A stretch of DNA of 64,000 nt from NCBI RefSeq assembly GCF_963921235.1, contig NC_086108.1, positions 89,902,001-89,966,000 of the forward strand, given 5' to 3'. How positions within the stretch are numbered: position 1 is the first letter of the stretch; every line of letters starts with the position of its first letter. Positions 11,881-25,515 of this stretch are shown here, piece by piece. Both the position numbers and the translations under genes were made by a program. The stretch is from Mobula hypostoma (taxonomy: Eukaryota). The notes beneath the pieces were generated by a model. The model was not told the origin of the DNA. It was given only the letters and a program-made list of their open reading frames with translations, and made no database searches.

Positions 11881-12267
11881 CAAACAAACAGAGAAACAAA
11901 CAAATAAATAATTCTGAGACATGCCCTCTTCTCATTGTTACCATCAAGAAGCAGGTTCCCACTTAATGATTCTGGAACCGCTTGTTCCCTTCTGCCATCC
12001 AATTTCTGAATGTCTATATCTATTTTTTTGCACTACTTATTTAATTTAACTATATATATTTACTGTAATCCACAGTTCTTTTTCTCTATTATTACGTATT
12101 GTATTGTACTGCAGCCACAAAGTTAATACATTTCAGAACATATCCCGGCGATATTTAACCTGATTCTGATTCTGATGCTGAGTTGTAGAGTCCTTGAAAG
12201 TGATCAACAGACGTAATGATTGCAAAAATATAGGACGGACAGGAAAAAAACACATCTGGTTCAGTAA

Positions 12268-12796
12268 ACACAAAATATTCTGCAGATGCTGGGGTCAAAG
12301 CATCACTCACAACACGAGTGAGTGTAACATGAGGGGGAACCTCTTTACTCAGAGAGTGGTAGCTGTGTGGAATGAGCTTCCAGCAGAAGTGGTTGAGGCA
12401 GGTTCGATGTTGTCGTTTAAAGTTAAATTGGATAGATATATGGACAGGAAAGGAATCGAGGGTTATGGGCTGAGTGGAGGTCAGTGGGAATAGGATAGGG
12501 TAAGAGTTCGGCCGGACTAGAAGGGCTGAGATGTCCTGTTTCTGTGTTGTAATTGTTATATGGTTATATGGTTATAACACGCTGGAGGAACTCAGCAGGT
12601 CGGGCAGCATCCGTGGAAACGATCAGTCAATGCTTCGGGCCGGAACCCTTCGTCACCCTCCCCCCACCTTCTTCATAGGGCCTCTGCCCCTTCCCTCTTC
12701 AGTCCTGACGAAGGGTTCCGGTCCGAAACATTGACTGATCATTTCCACGGATGCTGCCCGACCTGCTGAGTTCCTCCAGCGTGTTGTGAGTGTTGC
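12268..12796. mobile_element. Short palindromic Penelope-derived element interrupted by a CR1 3' fragment (~12317-12575)
   Basis: 13-bp TSD TCTGGTTCAGTAA at 12255-12267 and 12797-12809; inverted arms ~12576-12655 and ~12706-12786; hammerhead-like motif at 12701-12736. The CR1 piece reads NLFTQRVVAVWNELP and has a (TATATGGT)n tail. Confidence 0.85.
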
Positions 12797-13056
12797 TCTG
12801 GTTCAGTAATGTCCCTCAGAAGGGAAATGTGCATCTTCAGCTACTTTAGTCCGTGTTCAGCACTAGGTTTATCAATGGGGTTCACTCTAAAATGTAGTAC
12901 CCAATTCAAAAATGATTAGGAATGGTCTGTGATGCCAGATCCTGAAATATGAATAAAAGGACATTTAAAGAATCATGTGCATTAGAAATAAAGATGCATA
13001 AAATACAAGTACTTTTCCCTTGCTGCCACTTAGACAGCTTAAAGTGTATATCCTTG

Positions 13057-13831
13057 ATTTGGAGTTCCTGATTGTTTATAATTACTACCGTAATTAGAAT
13101 TTACGAGCATTCCCAGCCTCGCCAACAGTTCAGCCTCTCATACAGAACAATTGGTGACACGGATTGTATCAGTTTCAAACACAATTAGCACTGGTGGGAC
13201 AAGTTCATGGTGAAAAATAAAATAATGCTCCACATAATGGTGACCTACTTGAAACACTTGCAGGACCCTGAGATCACTTTCAGATTATGAGGCAGAATTA
13301 GCAGAAATGACTCCAATTTTCAGAACTCTGAACTGAAGCATGAGTCACTGGATTGAGTCATTGATGATATAGTTTCATTAGTGGTGAAAATGGGCTAATC
13401 TGGACAAGATGAATGAGTGAACAAACATATGGCTGATGCATTAAAAATTGGATCAGAGTGTAAGTATCCACTTTGGTAGGAAGATCAGAAAGGCAAATTA
13501 TTATTTAAATACTGATAGATAGTGAAATGTTGATACTGAGCTGGGTTTCCTTGTACGCCTGTCACTGAATGCAAACATGCAAGTGAAACAAGTGGCCAAG
13601 GAGGGAAGTGGTAAGTGCCTGAAACAAGCTGCCAGAGTGTGGTGGGAGCGGATGCAACAGTGGTGTTTTAGAGGCTGTTGTGGCTGGGAACTAATTGTGC
13701 TAATTGCGTTAGGATCTGATACGATCCGTGTCACCAATTGTTCTGTATGAGAGGCTGAACTGTTGCCAAGGCTGGGAATGCTCGTAAATTCTAATTACCA
13801 TAGTAATTATAAACAATCAGGAACTCCAAAT
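13057..13831. repeat. 116-bp inverted repeat (13057-13172 / 13716-13831)
   Basis: Direct comparison shows about 5 mismatches; a further 14-bp match lies at 13178-13191 / 13697-13710. Confidence 0.92.
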
Positions 13832-16239
13832 GCGCAGGGAATGGAGGGATATGGATCGTGAACAGGCTGAGGAGATTTAGCTCAGCATTGTGTCCAGCGC
13901 ACACTTTGTGGGCCAATAGGGTAAAACACGTGCAGGCTCTTTTCCCTTGAGGTTGGCTGAGACCAGAACTAAATGTCATAGCTTTAAGCTAAAGGACAAA
14001 ATATTTGAAGGAACTTCCACATTCAGAGGCGATGCAAGTGTAGAATGAGCTGCCAGCAGAAGAGGTGGATGCAGATTCAGTTACGTAAAGTTGAGAGGGG
14101 CATGGAGTGCCATGGTACACGTGCAGGTCATTGTGACTAAGCAGAAAATCAAGTTGGCATAGACTAGATGAGCCTGTTTCCTTGCTGTAGTGCTCAATGA
14201 CTCTACGACTCTAAATCTCCCAGCCAGAGGAAGCATCCTTTGCCCATATAGTCTGTATAACTCTGTAAGAATTCTGTACATTTCAATGAGATCCATGGAC
14301 AGGGCGTAGCAAGCATTCACCAGACTAATTTCTGTGAAGGCATGGCAGTTATATGAGAAGAAATTGGGTTAACTAGGCCTGTTACAGGGTACTGGCAGAT
14401 GTAGTCAATACACATGGATTACGTCAACAAGTTAACTAGTAAGAAATTTAACTTACCTTCATGTCTGAGCTTAACCAGTCAAAAATTGCTTCATTATGGA
14501 TAAGGAAACTAATGAACAATAGTGCATTTCCCTGTTCTTAGAACTCCCACATCACCAATAATTGCAGCTGACTATACTGAGAGTTCTACATTTTCGTAGA
14601 ATGTATTTTTGTAGTGATTTTGCACACACACTCCAGAGTGTCTTGAGTCCAGATGCAGATTGGCATTATTTTACAGTAGAAAGCTTGAATTACCAAACTA
14701 TCAAGTTGCTTTATCTTGCTACATTATTTTATTTTCCTGGTCAGATCTTGGGCATATTGGATGGATGTTGTCAATATGAAAACCCCAGCATATTGTTTTG
14801 CATTTTGTTCAAAAATCAATAAGGATTTTGGATAATGTTTGGTTTAGTAGCAATGCAGAGAATACCAAACAAGGCCTGGAGAATACCATTAAGGGCTTGG
14901 AAATGACGATCTCAACATTCCAACGAGTCAGTATTAACGTTTGACCAGAAGGGAACTGTAAGTTTTTGTTCTCATCAATGCACCGTAAAAAGTAATTCAG
15001 AGGGAGACGTGTTGGTACTTCAGTGATAGCTGAAGTGGACCTATGCTCTGCATGGAATACCCAGGTTGAGAGTTTTTGTTATGAAGTGGCATTGAGCACT
15101 GATTCATTCCTCCATAATACTCTGCTTCCAAAGGACATCAGAGAGATCTGTAATTCTTTTTAAAAAAGCCCAGAGGAAACTAGAGTTCACAAGGTATTGC
15201 TGATGGGTCAATCACATGTATAAATATTGTAAAATATCATCATCTTTTGCTGGTTCCACTCGAGTAAAACAATTAGCACATTCTCTCCTTTCATGCGATT
15301 GTGTTTAGTACAGCCTGACTCAGGAAGAAGTTGAAAAGGCAATTATTAAAGTAAGAAATTATGTTTCAAAGCAAAGAAAGACTTTTTAGACAAAGTGGAA
15401 GAATTAGACCCACAAGTCTGTTGAGGAGGTGAGTAGTCACAGAAAGATGGACATGATGAAGTTGTCCAAGTTTATAGTGCAAAACGCTCTTTAGTATACT
15501 TTGGGACTCAAGTCAAAACCATTCAAGTTAATCGGCAATCAGATGATTAGAACAAGAGATATACTGAAGACACTAAGATGATATCTGATATGCACATAGA
15601 ATCAACAACTGTTGAAAAGGTTGTAGTTTGCACATTCTTTAGTTCAAGGAATTCATTCAGTGTCAGTGACCAGTAAAAATGCAACAAGGTGACAGGGAAA
15701 TCACAAGGAAGTATTTTCAATAAACCAAATCCACAGTGGCTATACTGCATATACATGAAGGAAGCTCACACACATACTCTTTTTTGTGGGAATGAAGTCC
15801 ATACCAACGTTTATGCAGTGAAAACTTATTGGCACTCCCAGTTTCAAATAAAGATAGAAAGAGATTAGCTTTATTTGTCATACATACATCAAAACAATTG
15901 GTGACATATCTCTTCCTGACTCAAATCAAATCAATGAGGATTGTGCTGAACTTCTGGTACCAATATGACATGTCCACAACTCACTAACTCTATCTTTGGC
16001 ATGTGGGAGGAAACTGGAGCACCCAGAGGAAACACACACGATGACGGGAATAACGTACAAACTTCTTACAGACAGCAGAGGGAATTGAACCCTGATCTTA
16101 CAGCTGGCGCTGTAGTAGCATTACACTAACTTCTACCCTACTGTGTGCTCCATATGCTATTATGCCCGCCCTTCATAACATGCACCCTTGATTGCCATTT
16201 CTGATTCATCCAACTCCTTTGACAACCATCCAACTGGAG

Positions 16240-18845
16240 TGTTCATGTTCAAGTTCAGTTCAGATTGACATTCAACCGTACACATGTATACCGCCAAACT
16301 GAACAATGTTCCTTCAGACCGAGGTGCACAACAGAGTACATATAACTGACACAGAACACGTAAAGTACTATTACCACAGATGAACTAACAAACAATAAGG
16401 TATTTTCACAAACAAGTTAAAAAGTAAACAGTATAATGGTCCTGGTGCTTCATTCGTGATGAGACCTAGGTGGTGGCAGGGAGTTCAGTAGTCTTTTACG
16501 GCCTGGGGGAAGAAGTTGTTTCCCATCCTGACAGTTCTTATCCTTATCCAAATGCCCTTCAGTACCTCCTGCCTGATGATAGGGGGTCAAAGAGATTGGA
16601 TGGGAGGGATCATTGCAAACGCTAATAGCCATGCGAATGCAGCGCTACTGATAAGAATCTCTGATGGGTGGAAGAGGGACACTATCATCCGTGACCAAAG
16701 AGTTGGTACTGAGGGACCAGATGAGATTGGCCATCATGTGAACTCCAAAAACTTGGTGCTCATAACCCTCTCCACAGAGGACCCATGTATGTGCAGTGAG
16801 GATTGGTCAGCCTGCAGGTTCCTAAGGTCCACAGTCATCTCTTTGGTCTTGTCCACTTTGAGTCTCAAGTTGTCGTGCTCTCACTATTAAAATAGCCGCT
16901 CTACCTCCTCTTTGTGCGTTGTCTCATTGTTATTGTTGATGAGGCCAACCACTGTTGTCAAACCAAATCATCAGCGAACATAATGATTCGGTTTGAATGG
17001 AATCTTGCAGTGCAGTCATGCACCAACACCGTGAGTAGCAGTAGGCTGAGCAAATAGCCCTGGGAAGTGCCAGTTCTCAGCCTGATGGTGCTAGAGATGT
17101 TTCTGGCAACAAGGACTGACTGTGGCATTCCTGTCAAGAAGTCCAGCATCCAGTAACAGAAAGAGGTGTTGAGAGCCAACGAGGACATGTCATGTATCCA
17201 CCAACTTCTGAGGGATGATCATATTAAATGCCAAGCAGAAGACAATAAACAGCATCTTGGCATATGAGGCACCCTTTTCCAGGTGGGACAGGATGGAGCG
17301 GAATGGTGAGGCTACAGGCTACACAGTCCCTTAGCACTCAACCAGGTACATTATCAGGCTCCACAGATCTATACAGGTTGACCCTGGCTAGGGTCTTCCT
17401 CACACTAGCTGTGCCCAAACAGAATATGTGCTCCTCTGGGGGAAGGAGCATCATCCCGTGCATCAAACAGAGCTTAAAAGATATTCAGTTATGTAGTCCA
17501 TTATGGTCTGAATGCCCTGCCATATATGTTTCATGTCTCCGGTGTCACAGAAATGGCTGTATATTCTCTGTGACTTGCCTTCCTGATGGTTCAGGAAAGC
17601 ACAGCTCTTACGGATCTGAGAGCTGACTTATCCCTGATCTGAAGACCCCATCCAGATCTCTCAGCTGTGTCTAGACCACTGCTGTCAGCCATGGCTTCTG
17701 ATTTGTCCTCACGTAGATGTCCTCAATGCATCCTCTATGCATCCAATCACAGATCCTGCATAGTCATCAATGTTAACGTGGTGGACGCCGGTGGCCGCCT
17801 CCCTGAACATGTTCCAGTCCGTGTTTTCAAAAACAGTTCCGCAGTGCTGAGGTTGCTCCTTCCAGCCAGGTCTTTATCTCCCTTTGAACTGGTTTGACTC
17901 ATTGAGTCAGTGGTGGGTATACAGGAAGTAGTGGTCAGAGAACCTGAGGTGGGGGTGGCGAGCACTAGGGATGTTGGTGTAAATCAGGTCTAATGTATTT
18001 TCTCCTCTGGTAGCACGTCAACAGGCTGATTGAATTTAGGCAGGACTATTTTTAAGTTCGCATGGTTGAAGTTGCCAGCAACAATAAAGAAAGCCATTGG
18101 TTGGAAGGTCACTGTTTGTGCCATAGAACTCACACAGAGCTTCCCCAGCATTAGCTCAGGGAGGGATGTATACAGCCACAATCACAATAGCAGTGATCTC
18201 CCTCAATAAATAGAAGGGCCTGCCCTTCACCATTAAGAACTCTACCAGAGGTGAACAGTGGGTTGTCACTACTGAAACGTTCACACACCAGCTCTTATTA
18301 ATGTAGATACTGTACATACACCTCCACCCCAGGTCTTGCCAGAGATATCAGGAATTCTGTCAGCCCAAAAGAGATGAAGCCCTCTAGCTGGATGGCCACT
18401 TCAGGGGTGGTAAGCTGGAGCCAGATTTCCATCAGAATGAGCATGCAGCTGTCCGTCATCTCAGACTGATTCAGTCTCAAACGCAGCTAATCTAGTTTGT
18501 TTTTTAGTGATTGTGTGTTTGAAAGCAGAATCAATGGGAGAGCTTCCCTGCAGCATTTTGCCTTTAGTCTCGCTCAAATACCAGTGTGCTTTCTGCATTT
18601 CTGTTTCCTTGCGCACCACTTCCAACAGTGTCTTCCCTGGTGGCTGTAACAGGCGACAATGCAATGCGCAGTAATCCTGTGCTCTGGGGCTCATCTGCTA
18701 GTGAGGAAGGCCTACAGTAACTGGTGTTCTTAATATCCAGCAGTGTCTTGTGATCATAAGCAAGCATAAAGGAATAAAAGAAAGCAATTACACCATTAGT
18801 TGGAGCCAGAGTGGCTGCTGTGACTGAATGTGCTGACATCTCGAA
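16240..18845 (-). mobile_element. Decayed, internally deleted Rex1/Babar-type LINE
   Basis: YDHKTLLDI N-terminus; APE motif FFIVAGNFNHANLK; RT motifs WMLDFLTG.PQ.V, TGTSQG.LLS.LL and IIMFADD; (TTGAAC)-type tail. Confidence 0.8.
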
Positions 18846-19295
18846 AGCAGAGACCTCTTGTACATTGAGTGGCTCTGACAGGAAATCATAAGGTAATGGT
18901 AGTGGGGCTGTGATTGGGATGGGTAAGTGATTGGAGGTGTTGATCAGTCTTACTGCTTATGGAAAGTAACCGTAAACAGATGACAGATTTATCAATCTGA
19001 TTACCATCTGGCAGGAATCTTGTCTAATAAAATCAAGGTCAACCTACTATTAATTTTAGCTGGATATGTAGAAAACCCTAATTCTGTGCTTCCCATCCAA
19101 AAATCTATTACTTGTTTTTTGTTACAAGACTGAAAAGGGCCATCCAGCCTGGGGAGTCCATGTTAAAGCAATTCAGTTTGTGGCTACCCTTTCTTTCAGC
19201 TCGATAAATTATTCCATTCACTTATTTAGTTTCTCATTTAAACTAAGCAACACACACAAAGCTGGAGGAACTCAGCAGACCAGGCAGCATCTGCG

Positions 19296-21260
19296 GAAAA
19301 AGCGAGATACCTACAATAAAAATAGGCAGCATGGAGTAAATGAGGTGCTCGAAGAATATAAAGAATGTAAAAAAAATCTTAAGAAAGAAATTAGAAAAGT
19401 TATATGAGGTTGCTTTGGCAAGTAAGGTGAAAATAAATCCAAAGGGTTTCCACAGTTATATTAATAGCAAAAGGATAGTGAGGGATAAAATTGGTCCCTT
19501 AGAGAATCAGAGTGGACAGCTATGTGTCGAGCCAAAAGAGATGGGGGAGATTCTGAACAATTTCTTTTCTTCGGTATTCACTAAGGAGAAGGATATTGAA
19601 TTGTGTAAGGTAAGGGAAACAGGTAGGGAAGTTATGGAAACTATGATGATTAAAGAAGAGGAAGTACTGGTGCTTTTAAGGAATATAAAAGTAGATAAGT
19701 TTCCGAGTCCTTGACGGGATATTCCTTAGGAACTTGAGGGAAGTTAGTGTGGAAATAGCACGGGCTCTGACAGAAACATTTCAAATGTCATTAGAAACGG
19801 AGATGGTGCCGTAGGATTGGTGTATTGCTCTTGTTGTTCCATTGTTTAAAAAGGGTTCTAAGAGTAAACCTAGCAATTATCAGCCTGTGAGTTTGATGTC
19901 AGTGGTGGGTAAATTGATGGAAAGTATTCTTAGGGATGGTATATATAATTATCAGGATAGACAGGGTCTGATTAGGAACAGTCAACATGGATTTGTGCGT
20001 GGAAGGTCATGTTTGACAAATCTTATTGAATTTTCTGAAAAGTTTACTTGGAAAGTAGATGAGGGTAAACTGGTGGATGTTGTCTATATGGACTTCAGTA
20101 AGGCCCTTGACAGGGTTCCACATGTAAGGTTAGTTTGGAAGGTTCAATCATTAGGTATTAATATTGAAGTAGTAAAATGGCTTCAGCAGTGGCTGGATGA
20201 GAGACACCAGAGAGTAGTGGTGGATAACTGTTTGTCAGATTAGAGGCCGGTGATTAGTGGTGTGCCTCAGGGATCTGTACCAGGTTCAATGTTGTTTGTC
20301 ATATACATTAATGATCTGGATGATGGGGTGGTAAATTGGATTAGTAAGTATGCACATGATACTAAGGTAGGTGGAGTTGTGGATAATGAAGTAGGTTTTC
20401 AAAGCTTGCAGAGATTTAGGCCAGTTAGAAGAGTGGGCTGAAAGATGGCAGATGGAGTTTAATGCTGATAAATGTAAGGTGCTACATTTTGGTAGGACTA
20501 ATCAAAATAGGACATACATGGTAAATGGTAGGGCATTGAAGAATGCAGTAGAACAGAGGGATCTAGGAATAATGGTCCATAGTTCCCTGAAGGTGGAATC
20601 TCATGTAGATAGGGTGGTGAAGGAAGCTTTTGGTATGCTGGCCTTTATAAGTCAGAGCATTGAGTATAGGAGTTGGGATGTAATATTGAAATTGTACAAG
20701 GCATTGGTAAGGCCAAATTTGGAGTATTGTGTACAGTTCTGGTCACAGAATTATAGGAAAGATGTCAACAAAATTGAGAGAGTACAGAGAAGATTACTAG
20801 AATGTTACCTGGGTTTCATCCCCTAAGTTACAAAGAAAGGTTGAACAAGTTGGGTCTTTATTCTTTGGAATATAGAAGGTTGAGGGGGGACTTGATAGAG
20901 GTATTTAAAATTATGAGGGGGATAGATATAGTTGATATGGATAGGCTTTTTCCGTTGAGAGTGGGGGAGATTCAAACAAGAGGACATGAGTTGAGAGTTA
21001 AAGGGCAAAGGTTTAGAGGTAACATGAGGGGGAACTTCTTTACTCAGAGAGTGATAGCTGTGTGGAACGTGCTTCCAGCATCAGGTTCGATGTTGTCATT
21101 TAAAGTAAAATTGGATAGCTATATGGACAGGAAAGGAATGGAGGGTTATGGGCTGAGTGCAGGTCGATGGGACTAGGTGAGAGTAAGCGTTCTGCATGGA
21201 CTAGAAGGGCCGAGATGGCCTGTTTCCATGCTGTAATTGTTATATGGTTATATGGTTATA
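19296..21260 (+). mobile_element. CR1 LINE, 5'-truncated ORF2 (RT)
   Basis: NYQPVSLMSVVGKLME, QHGFVRGRSCLTNL, VDVVYMDFSKA, GVPQGSV.G, SKYAHDTK, RPNLEYCVQFW; (TATATGGT)n tail. It lies between the two halves of a Penelope-derived short element (~19247-19295 and ~21265-21390). Confidence 0.95.
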
Positions 21261-21699
21261 TTTCATGGGTCTCAGCCCGAAAAGTCAATTGTACACTTTT
21301 CCATTGGTACTGCCTGGCCTGTTGAGCTCCTCAAGCATTTTGTGTGTGTTGCTTGGATTTCCAACATCTGCAAACTTTCTCTTGTTTGTGATTGGACCTT
21401 GCTTAGACTATTGCAATGAATCGGCCTCCAATACTATACTGGCAATGCATTCCAGACTGTTACCAACTGGAATGTAAAAAATGTTTTGCCTCTGTCATTT
21501 TGGATGATTTGCCAATCACACTCATTCTACATCCTCTGGTGTCTGATCCTCCACCAACAGGAAAAAATTATCTCTATCTCTCTGCTTATTTCCTCCTCAC
21601 CCTTATCGCTGTCTCTTTCTGGGACAAGTAAGTATCAATATCTCTATTTCTTTTGGGTTAGAAAGCTGAGAGATTCACTTCGGTTTCCTCAAACCAACT

Positions 21700-21852
21700 A
21701 AACACAGGAGATGCTGCAGATACCGGAAATCCAGAGCAGCACGCACAAAATGCTGGAGGAACTCGGCTGATTAGGCAGCATTTATGGAAATGAATAAACA
21801 GTCGATGTTTTGGGCCGAGACCCTTAGTTCCTCCAGCAATTTGTGTGTGTGT
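21700..21852 (-). mobile_element. Penelope-derived short element with partial inverted end
   Basis: Same GCTGGAGGAACTC..GGCAGCAT..CAGTCGA head as other copies; inverted AGTTCCTCCAGCA at its right end. Confidence 0.7.
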
Positions 21853-22544
21853 AGCTTAAGAAAGGACTTGAACGTTAAAATCTCAGATATCGAATGCAAC
21901 TCGCATATCTTTGGATGCAGGCTTTCGCTCAGTATCTGCAAAAAGAGAAAAAAATTGCAGTTTTTTTTTCCATTTACAAAGAGTTATTAAGGAAATCAAC
22001 AAAATCCCATAACAATGAATTAGATGCATCAGCTTCTTTGAAATTGCATTTCCTTCCTGTTAGGAACCATTAGAGTCACAAACAAGGCTGTCTTTTGAAA
22101 CTATGTTATTGGATCTGCCCTTCAGCTCCGTTTCCAGGATGGATAATATTGCACATATTATAGACAATTACACTAAATCTCCCATCCATCTGTTGATCAT
22201 TTTTTTAGATCTGCAAGAGCTGATGCTCTACTGGCTTGCTTGTTTTTCTCAATCTCGAAAGATGTTTCTTTCAAAACATAGTTGATACAGTAATTTTCCA
22301 TTTTCAGCACTTTATTATATTGGCTATGACATAAAAACACTACAAAATAGCCATTGCAAAGCGTAAATTCTTACTTATTCAGTGCTATTCTTTTTTTAAA
22401 ATTATTAAGCAGGATTCATAAATATGATATGATTAAAACATTAAAGAGCAAGACAGGCAGGAAAAGTTAGCTACCAATGATGCAGTTACAAAATGAAGCC
22501 ATAAATTTACCAGGCTGGAGCCAAATCACGTTACTCCATCACAA

Positions 22545-22729
22545 TCAAGGGAAAATCTACAGATGCTGGAAATCCGAGCAGCACACACAAAATGCTGGAG
22601 GAACTCAGCAGGCCAGGCAGCATCTAGGAAAAGAATACAGTTGACGTTTCGGCCCGAAATGTTGACTGTATTCTTTTCCTACATGCTGCCTGGCCTGCTA
22701 AGTTCCTCCAGCATTTTGTGTGCATTGCT
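22545..22729. mobile_element. Short palindromic Penelope-derived element
   Basis: Arms of ~75 bp fold around TTTCGG-C-CCGAAA (centre 22653); flanking near-repeat TCAYGTTACTC at 22526-22536 and 22729-22739. Confidence 0.8.
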
Positions 22730-23339
22730 CATGTTACTCAAGTAGATTTTCAATGCAAGGACAGATTTTATCACAGAATTACAAAAGAGAGACTTGTGCA
22801 GTAATGAAACTGAAAAAAGTATAGAGAGTGAAAAGTGAACTGGAAAAATTGAAAATGCAGTGATCTTAAATTTAAAGTGAAAGCTAATATTTTGCCAAAA
22901 TTACAGACAGAGATATGTACATCAAGAAGTCCAGCAAAGGGCTATTAACAAAAATACAGACTCTGAAAATACATTCTGTGAAATCACTGAAGCCCTTCGA
23001 TTAGCGGCAATATGGAGTTTTTCATAATGAGCAGAAATGAAATCACCAATCATAATAGCTGACTACACAAACAGACAAATTCTATTTTGAAATGTTCGCT
23101 CAAAGAACTAAAGGTCAATTGGAAGAACATACTTAGTGAGAGTAATTCATAACTATAACTAGATAGGTATCCAGACGGTTCTGTTCAGAGACACATGTGT
23201 CGGCATGAATGAGGAAACAGCTACATGCACATTAAGCCAAATGACAATGAATTTGCAACAAATCTTCTGCGATGGAAACTGAAAATCGAAGTAAAGAATG
23301 AGTTGAACAAATTTGAACAGGATGGTGTTCAGTCAATTC

Positions 23340-23860
23340 CACACAGATGACAAGGCAATAGTTGTAAAGAAGGTGAAGAAGGGATGGGTAGAATAAAAGG
23401 GATTTCTCTGATTGGGTGAGACCAAATGAGTTAATGTGACTGCCAGAATCAGATTATGAAAGGACACCAAACACAAGAGTGGGAGTGGAATGAAGAATTA
23501 ATATGATAGGCAACAGAAGGCTCAATGTGTCTCTATGGAGAGAACATGAATATTCCACAAAGCATTTACCCAATCTGTAATGGTTTCTCCTGTGTAGAAA
23601 GGAACACCTTGTGAACATTGAATCAGTACATTAGTTTGCAAGTTGTGAGTGAATTGCTGCTTCACCTGTATAAGTTCTGGATGGTATGAATGAAAGGGGT
23701 GAAAAGACATGTTACATTGCAGGAGAAAATGCCACAGAAGTGTGTGGTTGATGGCTTTGGAAGAGTGGACCAGGGAGTTTCAGGGGGAATGTGTGGCTGG
23801 TGGTAAGATTTTGTTGAAGTTGTTTAGAAATTTCAAAGTATGATAAGTTGAATGCAGAGA
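23340..23860 (-). mobile_element. Old Neptune-type Penelope-like remnant
   Basis: QVKQQFT..NVLIQCSQG.PFYTGET (decayed GIY-YIG). Confidence 0.6.
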
Positions 23861-24183
23861 TTAGTGAAGTGTACACTGGGGATATCAGTGGAAGTCTGCA
23901 GGCTTCTAAAGGACTTTTGTTGCTTCATTGTTCACTGAGATGGATTGAGTTTGTCTCCAACCATTGTGAATTGAATTTTAAAAAATCACCAACATCCACA
24001 TGATTATTTTAAATCTATTTAAGTGTACAATTCTCACAATGATATCCATAAGAATGTATATATGGACAATCCTTTGTCCAAATATGATGATAAAAGTGAA
24101 AACTAAACATCAAAACAGAATACATAATAAATGTCTTTTCAAGTTTAATAAAACAGAAGACGCAACAGTCTACAGATGCTACT

Positions 24184-25515
24184 TAGAGCATAAAACATAG
24201 GAGTGGAATTAGGCCACTTGACCCATCGAGCCTGCTCTGCCATTCAATCATGGCTGATCCTTTTTCTCCACTCCCTGGCCTTCTCCCCGTAACCTTTGAT
24301 GCTGTGTCCAGTCAAGAATCTATCAAGCTCTGCCTCAAATACACCCAACGACCTGGCCTCCACAGCTGCCTGTGGTAACAAATTCCACAAATTCACCACC
24401 CTTGACTAAAGAAAATTCTCCACATCTCTTTTTCAAATGGACCCCTCTCTATCCTGAGACTGTGCCTCTTGTCTTAAACTCCCCACTATCGGATACATCC
24501 TTCGCACATCTACTCTGTCTAGGCCTTTCAACATTAGAAAGGCTTCAATGAGATCCTCCCTCATCCTGCTAAATTCCAGTGAGTACAGACCCAGAGTTAT
24601 CAAACATTCCCCGTATAATAACCCTTTCATTCCTGGAATCATACTTGTGAACCTCCTCTGAATCTGCTCCAATGCCAGTACATCTTTTCTTAGATGAGGA
24701 GCCCAAAACTGTTCACAATACTCAAGGTGAGGCCTCACCAGTGCCTTATATCCTTATATATCTCTGTTCTTGTAAGCCAGACCTCTTGAGATGAATGCTA
24801 ACATTACATTTGTCTCAGATTTTTGGATTTTCTCCCCATTTAGAAAATAGTTTGCACATTTATTTCTACTACTAAAGTGCATGACTTTGCATTTTCCAAC
24901 ATTATTTTTCATTTGCTACTTTCTTGCCAATTCTCCTAACCTAAGTCCTCCTGCAGCCTATTGTTTCCTCAGCACTACCTTCCCGTCCACCAATCTTCAT
25001 AACATCTGAAAATATGGCCACAAAGCCATCTATTCCATCATCTAAATCATTGATATACAGCATAAAAAGAAGCGGTCCCAACACCGACCCCTGTGGAATA
25101 CTACTGGACATCACTGGCAGCCAACTAGAAAAGGATCCTTTTATTCCCATTCGCTGCCTCTTACCAATCAGCCAATCATGCCAGTAACATTCCTGTAATA
25201 CCATGGGCTCTGAACTTGGTAAACAGCCTCATGTGTGGCACCTTGTCAAAGGCCACCTGAAAGTCCAAATATACAACATCCACTGCATCCCCTTTATCTA
25301 TTCTACTTGTTATCTCTCCAAAGAATTTGAACAGGTTCATCAGGCAAGGTTTCCCCTGAAGGAAACCATGCTGACTTTTTCCTTTCTTCTCCTGTGTCAC
25401 CAAGTACTCTATAACCTCATCCTTAACAATTGACTCCAACATCTTCCCAACCATTGAGGTCAGGGTAACTGATCTATAATTTCCTTTCTGTTGCCTTCCG
25501 CCTTTCTTAAAGGAG
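24184..25515 (-). mobile_element. CR1 LINE, truncated ORF2 (RT)
   Basis: SQHGFLQGKPCL.NL, VDVVYLDFQ.AFDKVPH, PQGSVLGP, RPHLEYCEQFWAPHL. Confidence 0.92.
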
